A stretch of DNA of 64,000 bases from positions 259,842,001-259,906,000 of the forward strand of contig OZ024741.1 in the NCBI GenBank assembly GCA_964016885.1, read 5' to 3'. The notes under the pieces are model-generated. The model did no database searches. It had not been told where the DNA came from and saw nothing but the letters and a program-made list of their open reading frames with translations. Below, one piece after another: positions 52,801 to 64,000 of this stretch (position 1 is the first letter of the stretch; each line of letters begins with the position of its first letter). The translations under genes and the position numbers were made by a program. The DNA comes from Eledone cirrhosa. Lineage: Eukaryota.

Positions 52801-55800
52801 ACCGTAAGTCGAAACACCCGTATGTCGAAACACTCGTAAGCCGAAACACTCGTAAGTCGAAACACTCGTAGTCGAAACACTCGTAAGTCGAAACACCCGT
52901 AAGTCGAAACACTCGTAAGTCGAAACACTCGTAAGCCGAAACACTCGTAAGTCGAAACACTCATAAGCCGAAACACTCGTAAGTCGAAACACTCGTAAGT
53001 CAGAACACTCGTAGTCAGAACACTCGTAAGTCAAACCACTCGTAAGCCGAAACACTCGTAAGTCGAAACACTCGTAAGTCGAAACACTCGTAAGTCGAAA
53101 AACTCGTAAGCCGGAACACTCGTAAGTCAGAACACTCGTAAGTCAGAACACTCGTAAGTCGAAACACTCGTAAGCCGAAACACCCGTAAGTCGAAACATT
53201 CGTAAGTCGAAACACCCGTAAGTCGAAACACTCGTAAGTCGAAACACTCGTAAGTCGAAACACCGTAAGTCAAAACACTCGTATGTCGAAACATCCGTAA
53301 ATCAGAACACTCCTAAGTCAAAACACTCGTAAGTCGAAACACTCGTAAGTCAAAAATACTCGTAAGTCGAAACACCCTTAAGTAAAAACACTCGTAAGTC
53401 GAAACACTCGTAAGCCGAAACACCCGTCAGTTAAAACACCCGTAAGTCGAAACACTCGTAAGTCAAAACTCTCGTACGCCGAAACACTCGTAAGTAAAAA
53501 CATTAGTAAGTCGAAACACTCGTAAGCCGAAACACCCGTAAGTCAAAACATTCGTAAGTCAAAACACTCGTAAGTCGAAACACCCGTAAGTCGAAACACT
53601 CGTATGTCGAAACACTCGTAAGCCGAAACACCGTAAGTAAAAACACTCGTAAGTCTAAACACCCACAAGTCGAAACACTCGTAAGCCGAAACACTCGTAA
53701 GTCGAAACACTCATAAGCCGAAACACTCGTAAGTCGGAACACTCGTAAATCAGAACACCCGCAAGTCAGAACACTCGTATCGAAACACTCGTATGTCAAA
53801 ACACCCGTAAGTCAAAACACTCGTAAGTCGAAACACTCGTAAGCCGAAACACCGTAAGTAAAAAAACTCGTAAGTCGAAATACTCGTAAGTCGAAACACT
53901 CGTAAGCCGAAACAATCGTAATTCAAAACACTCGTAAGTCGAAACACTCGTAAGCCGAAACAATCGTAAGTCGAAACACTCGTAAGCCGAAAATACTCGT
54001 AAGTCGGAACACCCGTAAGCCGAAACACTCGTATGTCGAAACACTCGTAAGCCGAAACAACATAAGTAAAAACACTCGTAAGTCGAAACACCCATAAGTC
54101 GAAACACTCGTAAGCCGAAACACTCGTAAGTCGAAACACTCATAAGCCGAAACACTCGTAAGTCGGAACACTCGTAAATCAGAACACCCGCAAGTCAGAA
54201 CACTCGTAAATCAGAACACTCTTAAGTCGAAACTCACGTACGCCGAAACACTCGTAAGTCGAAACACTCGTAAGTCGAAACATCCTTAAGTCGAAACACT
54301 CGTACACCGAAACACTCGTAAGTATAAACATTAGTAAGTCGAAACACTCGTATGTCGAAACACTCGTAAACCGAAACACTCGTAAGTCGGAACACTCGTA
54401 AGTCAGAACACTCGTAAGTCAGAACACTCGTAAGTCGAAACACTCATAAGTCGAAACACTCGTAAGTCGAAACACCCGTAAGTCGAAACACCCGTAAGTC
54501 GAAACACTCGTATGTCGAATAACTCGTAAGCCGAAACACCGTAAGTCAAAACACTCGTAAGTCGAAACACTCGTAAGTCGAAACACCCATAAGCCGAAAC
54601 ATTCGTAAGCCAAAACATTCGTAAGTCGAAACACTCGTAAACCGAAACACTCGTAAGCCAAAACATTCGTAAGTCGAAACACTCGTAAGTCGAAACACCC
54701 ATAGCCGAAACACTTGTAAGTCTGAACACACGTAAGTCAGAACACCCGTAAGTCAGAACACTCGTAAGTCAGAACACTCGTAAGTCAGAACACTCGTAAG
54801 TCAGAGCACTCGTATCGAAACACTCGTATGTCAAAACACCCGTAAGTCAAAACACTCGTAAGTCGAAACACTCGTAAGCCGAAACACCGTAAGCCAAAAC
54901 ACTCGTAAGTCGAAACATCCGTAAGTCGGAACACTCGTAAGTCGAAACACTCGTAAGTCGAAACACTCGTAAGCCGAAACACTCGTAAGCCGAAACACTC
55001 GTAAGTCGGAACACTCGTAAGTCGGAACACTCGTAAGTCAGAACACTCGTAAGTCAGAGCACTCGTATCGAAACACTCGTATGTCAAAACACCCGTAAGT
55101 CAAAACACTCGTAAGTCGAAACACTCGTAAGTCGAAACACTCGTAAGCCGAAACAATCGTAAGTCAAAACACTCGTAAGTCGAAACACTCGTGAGCCGAA
55201 AATACTCGTAATTCGGAACACCCGTAAGCCGAAACCCTCGCAGGTCGGAACACTCGTAAGTCGAAACACTCGTAAGACGAAACACCCGTAAGTCGGAACA
55301 CTCGTAAGTCAGAATACTCGTAAGTCGAAACACTCGTAAACCGGAACACCCGTAAGGCAAAACATTCGTAAGTCAAAACACTCGTAAGTCGAAAAACTCG
55401 TAAGCCGAAACACTCGTAAGTCGAAACACTCGTAAGTCGAAACACCCGTAAGTCGAAACATCCGTAAGTCAAAACACTCGTATGTCGAAACACTCGTAAG
55501 CCGAAACACTCGTAAGTCGGAACACTCGCAAGTCAGAACACTCGTAAGTCAGAACACTCGTAAGTTGAAACACTCGTAAGTCGAAACACCCGTAAGTCGA
55601 AACGCCCGTAAGTCAAAACACTCGTATGTCGAAACAATCGCAAGCCGAAAAACCGTAAGTCAAAACACTCGTAAGTCGAAACACTCGTAAGTCGAAACAC
55701 TCGTAAGCGGAAACACTCGTAAGCGAAAACATTCGTAAGTCGAAACACTCGTAACCCGAAACACTCGTAAGTCGAAACACTCGAAAGCCGAAACACTCGT

Positions 55801-56259
55801 AAGTCGAAACACTCATAAGCCGAAACACTCGTAAGTCGGAACACTCGTAAGTCAGAACACCCGTAAGTCAGAACACTCGTAGTCAGAACACTCGTAAGTC
55901 GAAACACTCGTAAGCCGAAACAATCGTAAGTCGAAGCACTCGTAATCCGAAACACTCTTAAGTCGAAACACTCGTAAGTCGGAACACTCGCAAGTCAGAA
56001 CACTCGTAAGTCAGAACACTCGTAAGTCGAAACACTCGTAAGCCGAAACACCCGTAAGTCAAAACATCCGTAAGTCAAAACATTCGTAAGTCGAAACACC
56101 CGTAGTCGAAACACTCGCAAGTCGAAACACTCGTAAGTCGAAACACGCGTAAGTCGAAACACATGTATGTCAAAACACTCTTAAGTCGTCAAAACACTCG
56201 TAAGCCGAAACACTCGTAAGTCGAAACACTCGTAAGTCGAAACGCTCGTAAAGCGAAAC

Positions 56260-56329
56260 GTATAAATAAAGATTAATGTAATGAATTTGAAAAGCATAGA
56301 GATTTGAAACCGCGTCTATTTGTTATTTT
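56260..56329 (+). repeat. 70-bp AT-rich element, subfamily A
   Basis: AAGATT allele; counterpart of 10441. Confidence 0.97.
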
Positions 56330-57344
56330 CGTAAGTCGAAACACTCGTAAGCCGAAACACTCGTGAGCCGAAACACTCGTAAGTCGGAACACTCGTAAGT
56401 CAGAACACTCGTAAGTCAAAACACTCGTAAGTCGAAACACTCGTAAGCCGAAACACCGTAAGCCAAAACACTCGTAAGTCGAAACACCCGTAAGTCGGAA
56501 CACTCGTAAGTCGAAACACTCGTAAGTCGAAGCACTTGTAAGCAGAAACACTCGTAAGCCGAAACACTCGTAAGTCGGAACACTCGTAAGTCGGAACACT
56601 CGTAAGTCAGAACACTCGTAAGTTAGAACACTCGTAAGTCAGAACACTCGTAAGTCAAAACACCCGTAAGTCAAAACACTCGTAAGTCGAAACACTCGTA
56701 AGCCGAAACACCGTAAGCCAAAACACTCGTAAGTCGAAACACCCGTAAGTCGGAACACTCGTAAGTCGAAACACTCGTAAGTCGAAGCACTTGTAAGCAG
56801 AAACACTCGTAAGCCGAAACACTCGTAAGTCGGAACACTCGTAAGTCGGAACACTCGTAAGTCAGAACACTCGTAAGTCAGAACACTCGTAAGTCAGAAC
56901 ACTCGTAAGTCGAAACACTCGTATCGAAACACTCGTATGTCAAAACACCCGTAAGTCAAAACACTCGTAAATCGAAACACTCGTAAGTCGAAACACTCGT
57001 ATGTCGAAACATCCGTAAATCAGAACACTCGTAAGTCGAAACACTCGTAAGTCGAAACACTCGTAAGCCGAAACACTCGTAAGTCGAAACACTCGTATCG
57101 AAACACTCGTAAGTCGAAACACCCTTAAGTCAAAACACTCGTAAGCCAAAACACTCGTAAGTCGAAACACTCGTAAGTCGGAACACTCGTAAGTCAGAAC
57201 ACTCGTAAGTCAGAACACTCGTAAGTGGAAACACGCGTAAGTCGAAAGACCCGTAAGTCAAAAATCTCGTTAGTCAAAACACTCGTAAGCCGAAACACTC
57301 GTAAGTCGAAACACTCGTAAGTCGAAACATTCGTAAAGCGAAAC

Positions 57345-57414
57345 GTATAAATAAAGATTAATGTTATGAACTTAAAAAGCATAGAGATTTGAAACCGCGT
57401 CTATTTGTTATTAT
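57345..57414 (+). repeat. 70-bp AT-rich element, subfamily B (divergent allele)
   Basis: Same private substitutions as 11335, offset +46010. Confidence 0.96.
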
Positions 57415-59277
57415 CGTAAGTCGAAACACTCGTAAGTCAGAACACTCGTAAGTCAGAACACTCGTAAGTCAGAACACTCGTAAGTCAGAACACTCGTAAG
57501 TCAGAACACTCTTAAGTCAGAACACTCGTATCGAAACACTCGTATGTCAAAACACCCGTAAGTCAAAACACTCGTAAGTCGAAACACTCGTAAGTCGAAA
57601 CACTCATAAGCCGAAACACTCGTAAGTCGGAACACTCGTAAGTCAGAACACCCGTAAGTCAGAACACTCGTAGTCAGAACACTCGTAAGTCGAAACACTC
57701 GTAAGCCGAAATACTCGTAAGTCGAAACACTCGTAAGTCGAAACATCCTTAAGTCGAAACACTCGTACACCGAAACACTCGTAAGTAAAAACATTAGTAA
57801 GTCGAAACACTCGTAAGCCGAAACACTCGTAAGTCGAAACACCCGTAAGTCGAAACACCCGTAAGTCAAAACACTCGTATGTCGAAACACTCGTAAACCG
57901 AAACACTCGTAAGTCGGAACACTCGTAAGTCAGAACACTCGTAAGTCAGAACACTCGTAAGTCGAAACACTCATAAGTCGAAACACTCGTAAGTCGAAAC
58001 ACCCGTAAGTCGAAACACTCGTATGTCGAATAACTCGTAAGCCGAAACACCGTAAGTCAAAACACTCGTAAGTCGAAACACTCGTAAGTCGAAACACCCA
58101 TAAGCCGAAACACTCGTAAGCCAAAACATTCGTAAGTCGAAACACTCGTAAACCGAAATACTCGTAAGCCAAAACATTCGTAAGTCGAAACACTCGTAAG
58201 TCGAAACACCCATAGCCGAAACACTCGTAAGTCGGAACACACGTAAGTCAGAACACCCGTAAGTCAGAACACTCGTAAGTCGAAACACTCATAAGTCGAA
58301 ACACTCGTAAGTCGAAACACCCGTAAGTCAGAACACTCGTAAGTCAGAACACTCGTAAGTCAGAGCACTCGTATCGAAACACTCGTATGTCAAAACACCC
58401 GTAAGTCAAAACACTCGTAAGTCGAAACACTCGTCAGCCGAAACACCGTAAGCCAAAACACTCGTAAGTCGAAACACCCGTAAGTCGGAACACTCGTAAG
58501 TCGAAACACTCGTAAGTCGAAACACTCGTAAGCCGAAACACTCGTAAGCCGAAACACTCGTAAGTCGGAACACTCGTAAGTCTGAACACTCGTAAGTCAA
58601 AACACTCGTAAGTCAAAACACTCGTAAGTCGAAACACCCATAAGCCGAAACACTCGTAAGCCAAAACATTCGTAAGTCGAAACACTCGTAAGCCGAAACA
58701 CTCGTAAGCCAAAACATTCGTAAGTCGAAACACTCGTAAGTCGTAACACATATAGCCGAAACACTCGTAAGTCGGAACACACGTAAGTCAGAACACCCGT
58801 AAGTCAGAACACTCGTAAGTCAGAACACTCGTAAGTCAGAACACTCGTAAGTCAGAGCACTCGTATCGAAACACTCGTATGTAAAAACACCCATAAGTCA
58901 AAACACTAGTAAGTCGAAACACTCGTAAGCCGAAACACCGTAAGCCAAAACACTCGTAAGTCGAAACACCCGTAAGTCGGAACACTCGCAAGTCAAAACA
59001 CTCGTAAGTCGAAACACTCGTAAGCCGAAACACTCGTAAGCCGAAACACTCGTAAGTCGGAACACTCGTAAGTCGGAACACTCGTAAGTCAGAACACTCG
59101 TAAGTCAGAACACTCGTAAGTCAGAACACTCGTAAGTCAGAATACTCGTAAGTCGAAACACTCGTATCGAAACACTCGTATGTCAAAACACCCGTAAGTC
59201 AAAACACTCGTAAGTCGAAACACTTGTAAGTCGAAACACCCATAGCCGAAACACTCGTAAGTCGGAACACACGTAAG

Positions 59278-62200
59278 TCAGAACACCCGTAAGTCAGAAC
59301 ACTCGTAAGTCAGAACACTCGTAAGTCAGAACACTCGTAAGTCAGAGCACTCGTATCGAAACACTCGTATGTCAAAACACCCGTAAGTCGAAACACTCGT
59401 AAGTCGAAACACTCGTAAGCCAAAACACCGTAAGTAAAAAAGCTCGTAAGTCGAAATACACGTAAGTCGAAACACTCGTAAGCCGAAACAATCGTAATTC
59501 AAAACACTCGTAAGTCGAAACACTCGTAAGCCAAAAATACTCGTACGTCGAAACACCCGTAAGCCGAAACACTCGTAAGTCGGAACACTCGTAAGTCAAA
59601 ACACTCGTAAGTCGAAACAGTCGTAAGTCGGAACACTCGTAAGTCAGAACACTCGTAAATCAGAACATTCATAAGTCAAAACACTCGTAATTCGAAACAC
59701 CCGTAAGTCGAAACGCCCGTAAGTCGAAACACTCATTAGCCGAAACACTCGTAAGTCGGAACACTCGTAAGTCAGAATACCCGTAAGTCAGAACACTCGT
59801 AGTCAGAACACTCGTAAGTCAAAACACTCGTAAGCCGAAACACTCGTAAGCCGAAACACTCGTAAGCCGAAACACTCTTAAGTCGGAACACTCGTCAGTC
59901 GGAACACTCGTAAGTCAAAACATTCGTAAGCCAAAATACTCGTAAGTCGAAACACTCGTACGTCGAAACACTCGTAAGTCGAAACACTCGTAAGTCGAAA
60001 CATCCTTAAGTCGAAACACTCGTACACCGAAACACTCGTAAGTAAAAACATTAGTAAGCCGAAACACTCGTAAGCCGAAACACTCGTAAGTCGGAACACT
60101 CGTAAGTCGGAACACTCGTAAGTCGAAACACCCATAAGCCGAAACACTCGTAAGCCAAAACATTCGTAAGTCGAAACACTCGTAAGCCGAAACACTCGTA
60201 AGCCAAAACATTCGTAAGTCGAAACACTCGTAAGTCGAAACACCCATAGCCGAAACACTCGTAAGTCGGAACACCCGTAAGTCAGAACACCCGTAAGTCA
60301 GAACACTCGTAAGTCAGAACACTCGTAAGTCAGAGCACTCGTATCGAAACACTCGTATGTAAAAACACCCATAAGTCAAAACACTAGTAAGTCGAAACAC
60401 TCGTAAGCCGAAACACCGTAAGCCAAAACACTCGTAAGTCGAAACACCCGTAAGTCGGAACACTCGTAAGTCAAAACACTCGTAAGTCGAAACACTCGTA
60501 AGCCGAAACACTCGTAAGCCGAAACACTCGTAAGTCGGAACACTCGTAAGTCGGAACACTCGTAAGTCAGAACACTCGTAAGTCAGAACACTCGTAAGTC
60601 AGAACACTCGTAAGTCAGAATACTCGTAAGTCGAAACACTCGTATCGAAACACTCGTATGTCAAAACACCCGTAAGTCAAAACACTCGTAAGTCGAAACA
60701 CTCGTAAGTCGAAACACTCGTATGTCGAAACATCCGTAAATCAGAACACTCGTAAGTCGAAACACTCGTAAGTCGAAACACCCGTAAGTCGGAACACTCG
60801 TAAGTCGAAACACTCGTAAGTCGAAACACCCATAGCCGAAACACTCGTAAGTCGGAACACACGTAAGTCAGAACACCCGTAAGTCAGAACACTCGTAAGT
60901 CAGAACACTCGTAAGTCAGAACACTCGTAAGTCAGAGCACTCGTATCGAAACACTCGTATGTCAAAACACCCGTAAGTCAAAACACTCGTAAGTCGAAAC
61001 ACTCGTAAGTCGAAACACTCGTAAGCCGAAACAATCGTAAGTCAAAACACTCGTAAGTCGAAACACTCGTGAGCCGAAAATACTCGTAATTCGGAACACC
61101 CGTAAGCCGAAACCCTCGCAGGTCGGAACACTCGTAAGACGAAACACCCGTAAGTCGGAACACTCGTAAGTCAGAATACTCGTAAGTCGAAACACTCGTA
61201 AACCGGAACACCCGTAAGGCAAAACATTCGTAAGTCAAAACACTCGTAAGTCGAAACACTCGTAAGCCGAAACACTCGTAAGTCGAAACACTCGTAAGTC
61301 GAAACATCCGTAAGTCAAAACACTCGTATGTCGAAACACTCGTAAGCCGAAACACTCGTAAGTGGGAACACTCGCAAGTCAGAACACTCGTAAGTCAGAA
61401 CACTCGTAAGTTGAAACACTGGTAAGTCGAAACACCCGTAAGTCGAAACGCCCGTAAGTCAAAACACTCGTATGTCGAAACAATCGCAAGCCGAAAAACC
61501 GTAAGTCAAAACACTCGTAAGTCGAAACACTCGTAAGTCGAAACACTCGTAAGCGGAAACACTCGTAAGCGAAAACATTCGTAAGTCGAAACACTCGTAA
61601 CCCGAAACACTCGTAAGTCGAAACACTCGAAAGCCGAAACACTCGTAAGTCGAAACACTCATAAGCCGAAACACTCGTAAGTCGGAACACTCGTAAGTCA
61701 GAACACCCGTAAGTCAGAACACTCGTAGTCAGAACACTCGTAAGTCGAAACACTCGTAAGCCGAAACAATCGTAAGTCGAAGCACTCGTAATCCGAAACA
61801 CTCTTAAGTCGAAACACTCGTAAGTCGGAACACTCGCAAGTCAGAACACTCGTAAGTCAGAACACTCGTAAGTCGAAACACTCGTAAGCCGAAACACCCG
61901 TAAGTCAAAACATCCGTAAGTCAAAACATTCGTAAGTCGAAACACCCGTAGTCGAAACACTCGCAAGTCGAAACACTCGTAAGTCGAAACACGCGTAAGT
62001 CGAAACACATGTAAGTCAAAACACTCATAAGTCAAAACACTCGTAAGCCGAAACACTCGTAAGTCGAAACACTCGTAAGTCGAAACGCTCGTAAAGCGAA
62101 ACGTATAAATAAAGATTAATGTAATGAATTTGAAAAGCATAGAGATTTGAAACCGCGTCTATTTGTTATTTTCGTAAGTCGAAACACTCGTAAGCAGAAA

Positions 62201-64000
62201 CACTCGTGAGCCGAAACACTCGTAAGTCGGAACACTCGTAAGTCAGAACACTCGTAAGTCAGAACACTCGTAAGTCAGAACACCCGTAAGTCAGAACACT
62301 CGTAAGTCAGAACACTCGTAAGTCAGAACACTCGTAAGTCAGAGCACTCGTATCGAAACACTCGTATGTCAAAACACCCGTAAGTCGAAACACTCGTAAG
62401 TCGAAACACTCGTAAGCCAAAACACCGTAAGTAAAAAAGCTCGTAAGTCGAAATACACGTAAGTCGAAACACTCGTAAGCCGAAACAATCGTAATTCAAA
62501 ACACTCGTAAGTCGAAACACTCGTAAGCCAAAAATACTCGTACGTCGAAACACCCGTAAGCCGAAACACTCGTAAGTCGGAACACTCGTAAGTCAAAACA
62601 CTCGTAAGTCGAAACAGTCGTAAGTCGGAACACTCGTAAGTCAGAACACTCGTAAATCAGAACATTCATAAGTCAAAACACTCGTAATTCGAAACACCCG
62701 TAAGTCGAAACGCCCGTAAGTCGAAACACTCATTAGCCGAAACACTCGTAAGTCGGAACACTCGTAAGTCAGAATACCCGTAAGTCAGAACACTCGTAGT
62801 CAGAACACTCGTAAGTCAAAACACTCGTAAGCCGAAACACTCGTAAGCCGAAACACTCGTAAGCCGAAACACTCTTAAGTCGGAACACTCGTCAGTCGGA
62901 ACACTCGTAAGTCAAAACATTCGTAAGCCAAAATACTCGTAAGTCGAAACACTCGTACGTCGAAACACTCGTAAGTCGAAACACTCGTAAGTCGAAACAT
63001 CCTTAAGTCGAAACACTCGTACACCGAAACACTCGTAAGTAAAAACATTAGTAAGCCGAAACACTCGTAAGCCGAAACACTCGTAAGTCGGAACACTCGT
63101 AAGTCGGAACACTCGTAAGTCGAAACACCCATAAGCCGAAACACTCGTAAGCCAAAACATTCGTAAGTCGAAACACTCGTAAGCCGAAACACTCGTAAGC
63201 CAAAACATTCGTAAGTCGAAACACTCGTAAGTCGAAACACCCATAGCCGAAACACTCGTAAGTCGGAACACCCGTAAGTCAGAACACCCGTAAGTCAGAA
63301 CACTCGTAAGTCAGAACACTCGTAAGTCAGAGCACTCGTATCGAAACACTCGTATGTAAAAACACCCATAAGTCAAAACACTAGTAAGTCGAAACACTCG
63401 TAAGCCGAAACACCGTAAGCCAAAACACTCGTAAGTCGAAACACCCGTAAGTCGGAACACTCGTAAGTCAAAACACTCGTAAGTCGAAACACTCGTAAGC
63501 CGAAACACTCGTAAGCCGAAACACTCGTAAGTCGGAACACTCGTAAGTCGGAACACTCGTAAGTCAGAACACTCGTAAGTCAGAACACTCGTAAGTCAGA
63601 ACACTCGTAAGTCAGAATACTCGTAAGTCGAAACACTCGTATCGAAACACTCGTATGTCAAAACACCCGTAAGTCAAAACACTCGTAAGTCGAAACACTC
63701 GTAAGTCGAAACACTCGTATGTCGAAACATCCGTAAATCAGAACACTCGTAAGTCGAAACACTCGTAAGTCGAAACACCCGTAAGTCGGAACACTCGTAA
63801 GTCGAAACACTCGTAAGTCGAAACACCCATAGCCGAAACACTCGTAAGTCGGAACACACGTAAGTCAGAACACCCGTAAGTCAGAACACTCGTAAGTCAG
63901 AACACTCGTAAGTCAGAACACTCGTAAGTCAGAGCACTCGTATCGAAACACTCGTATGTCAAAACACCCGTAAGTCAAAACACTCGTAAGTCGAAACACT
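59278..64000 (+). repeat. Tandem higher-order duplication, 2997-bp unit; second copy cut by the window end
   Basis: Offsets of 2997: 59326/62323, 59878/62875, 60314/63311, 60677/63674. Confidence 0.9.
62103..62172 (+). repeat. 70-bp AT-rich element, subfamily A
   Basis: AAGATT allele; counterpart of 16109 at +45994. Confidence 0.97.

Larger units (their letters stand above)
46393..62274 (+). repeat. ~16-kb block, copy 2 of the long direct duplication
   Basis: Shares rare variants with copy 1 (GTCTAAACACCCAC, GTCGTAACACATATAG, GTAGAAAC, GTGGGAAC); offsets 45800-46010. Confidence 0.93.
1..64000 (+). repeat. 16-bp tandem satellite array, consensus GTAAGTCGAAACACTC, head-to-tail, single orientation, ~3,900 monomers
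   Basis: The monomer is readable on every line. Common variants: GTAAGTCAGAACACTC, GTAAGCCGAAACACTC, GTAAGTCGGAACACTC, GTAAGTCAAAACACTC, ...ACACCC, 14-mer GTATCGAAACACTC, 15-mers GTAAGCCGAAACACC and GTAGTCAGAACACTC. No inverted segment seen. Confidence 0.99.

Noticed and set aside
140-63859. Hundreds of minus-strand ORFs encoding (YECFDLRVFRLTSVST)n
   Set aside because: The minus-strand consensus has no stop codon, so three monomers give a 16-aa repeat in every frame. ORFs overlap in all frames, end wherever a TCA variant creates TGA, are at most 165 aa, and are broken by frame-shifting 14/15-mers. The plus strand has TAA in almost every monomer.
1-64000. CRISPR array (GAAAC-ending repeats; ATTTGAAAC in the element)
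   Set aside because: There are no unique spacers, the monomers are contiguous and too short, the intervals between 70-bp elements are satellite of variable length, and no cas genes are present.
1-64000. Telomeric repeat array (long yeast-type telomerase unit)
   Set aside because: The kb-scale higher-order duplications, stable variant cassettes and interspersed elements indicate recombinational evolution rather than templated addition. There is no marked G-rich strand.
1-64000. Pure sequencing or assembly artefact, or synthetic DNA
   Set aside because: Variants are shared hierarchically among copies and nested into subfamilies, as expected of an evolved satellite. Local mis-assembly of copy number cannot be excluded.

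Overview
The whole 64-kb window is one satellite array in a single orientation. It is built from a 16-bp monomer (consensus GTAAGTCGAAACACTC, roughly 3,900 copies), and both ends run off the window. I found no credible genes, RNA genes, CRISPR array or transposon insertion. All listed ORFs are artefacts of the stop-free minus strand of the monomer. The only non-monomer DNA is a conserved 70-bp AT-rich element present in 22 copies, in two subfamilies (A and B). The array has several levels of order: (i) a recurring order of monomer variants (GA>GG>AG>AA at two adjacent purine positions); (ii) landmark cassettes of diverged monomers; (iii) tandem higher-order duplications of 751, 1447, 2074, 2997 and 5722 bp; (iv) a near-identical ~16-kb block repeated at ~46-kb offset. 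The monomer is CpG-rich, contains GTAAGT (the 5' splice-site core) and, on the minus strand, a shortened CENP-B-box-like motif. A eukaryotic, possibly centromeric or heterochromatic, origin is my inference; the organism cannot be identified from the sequence. Duplication boundaries are approximate and were read by eye.
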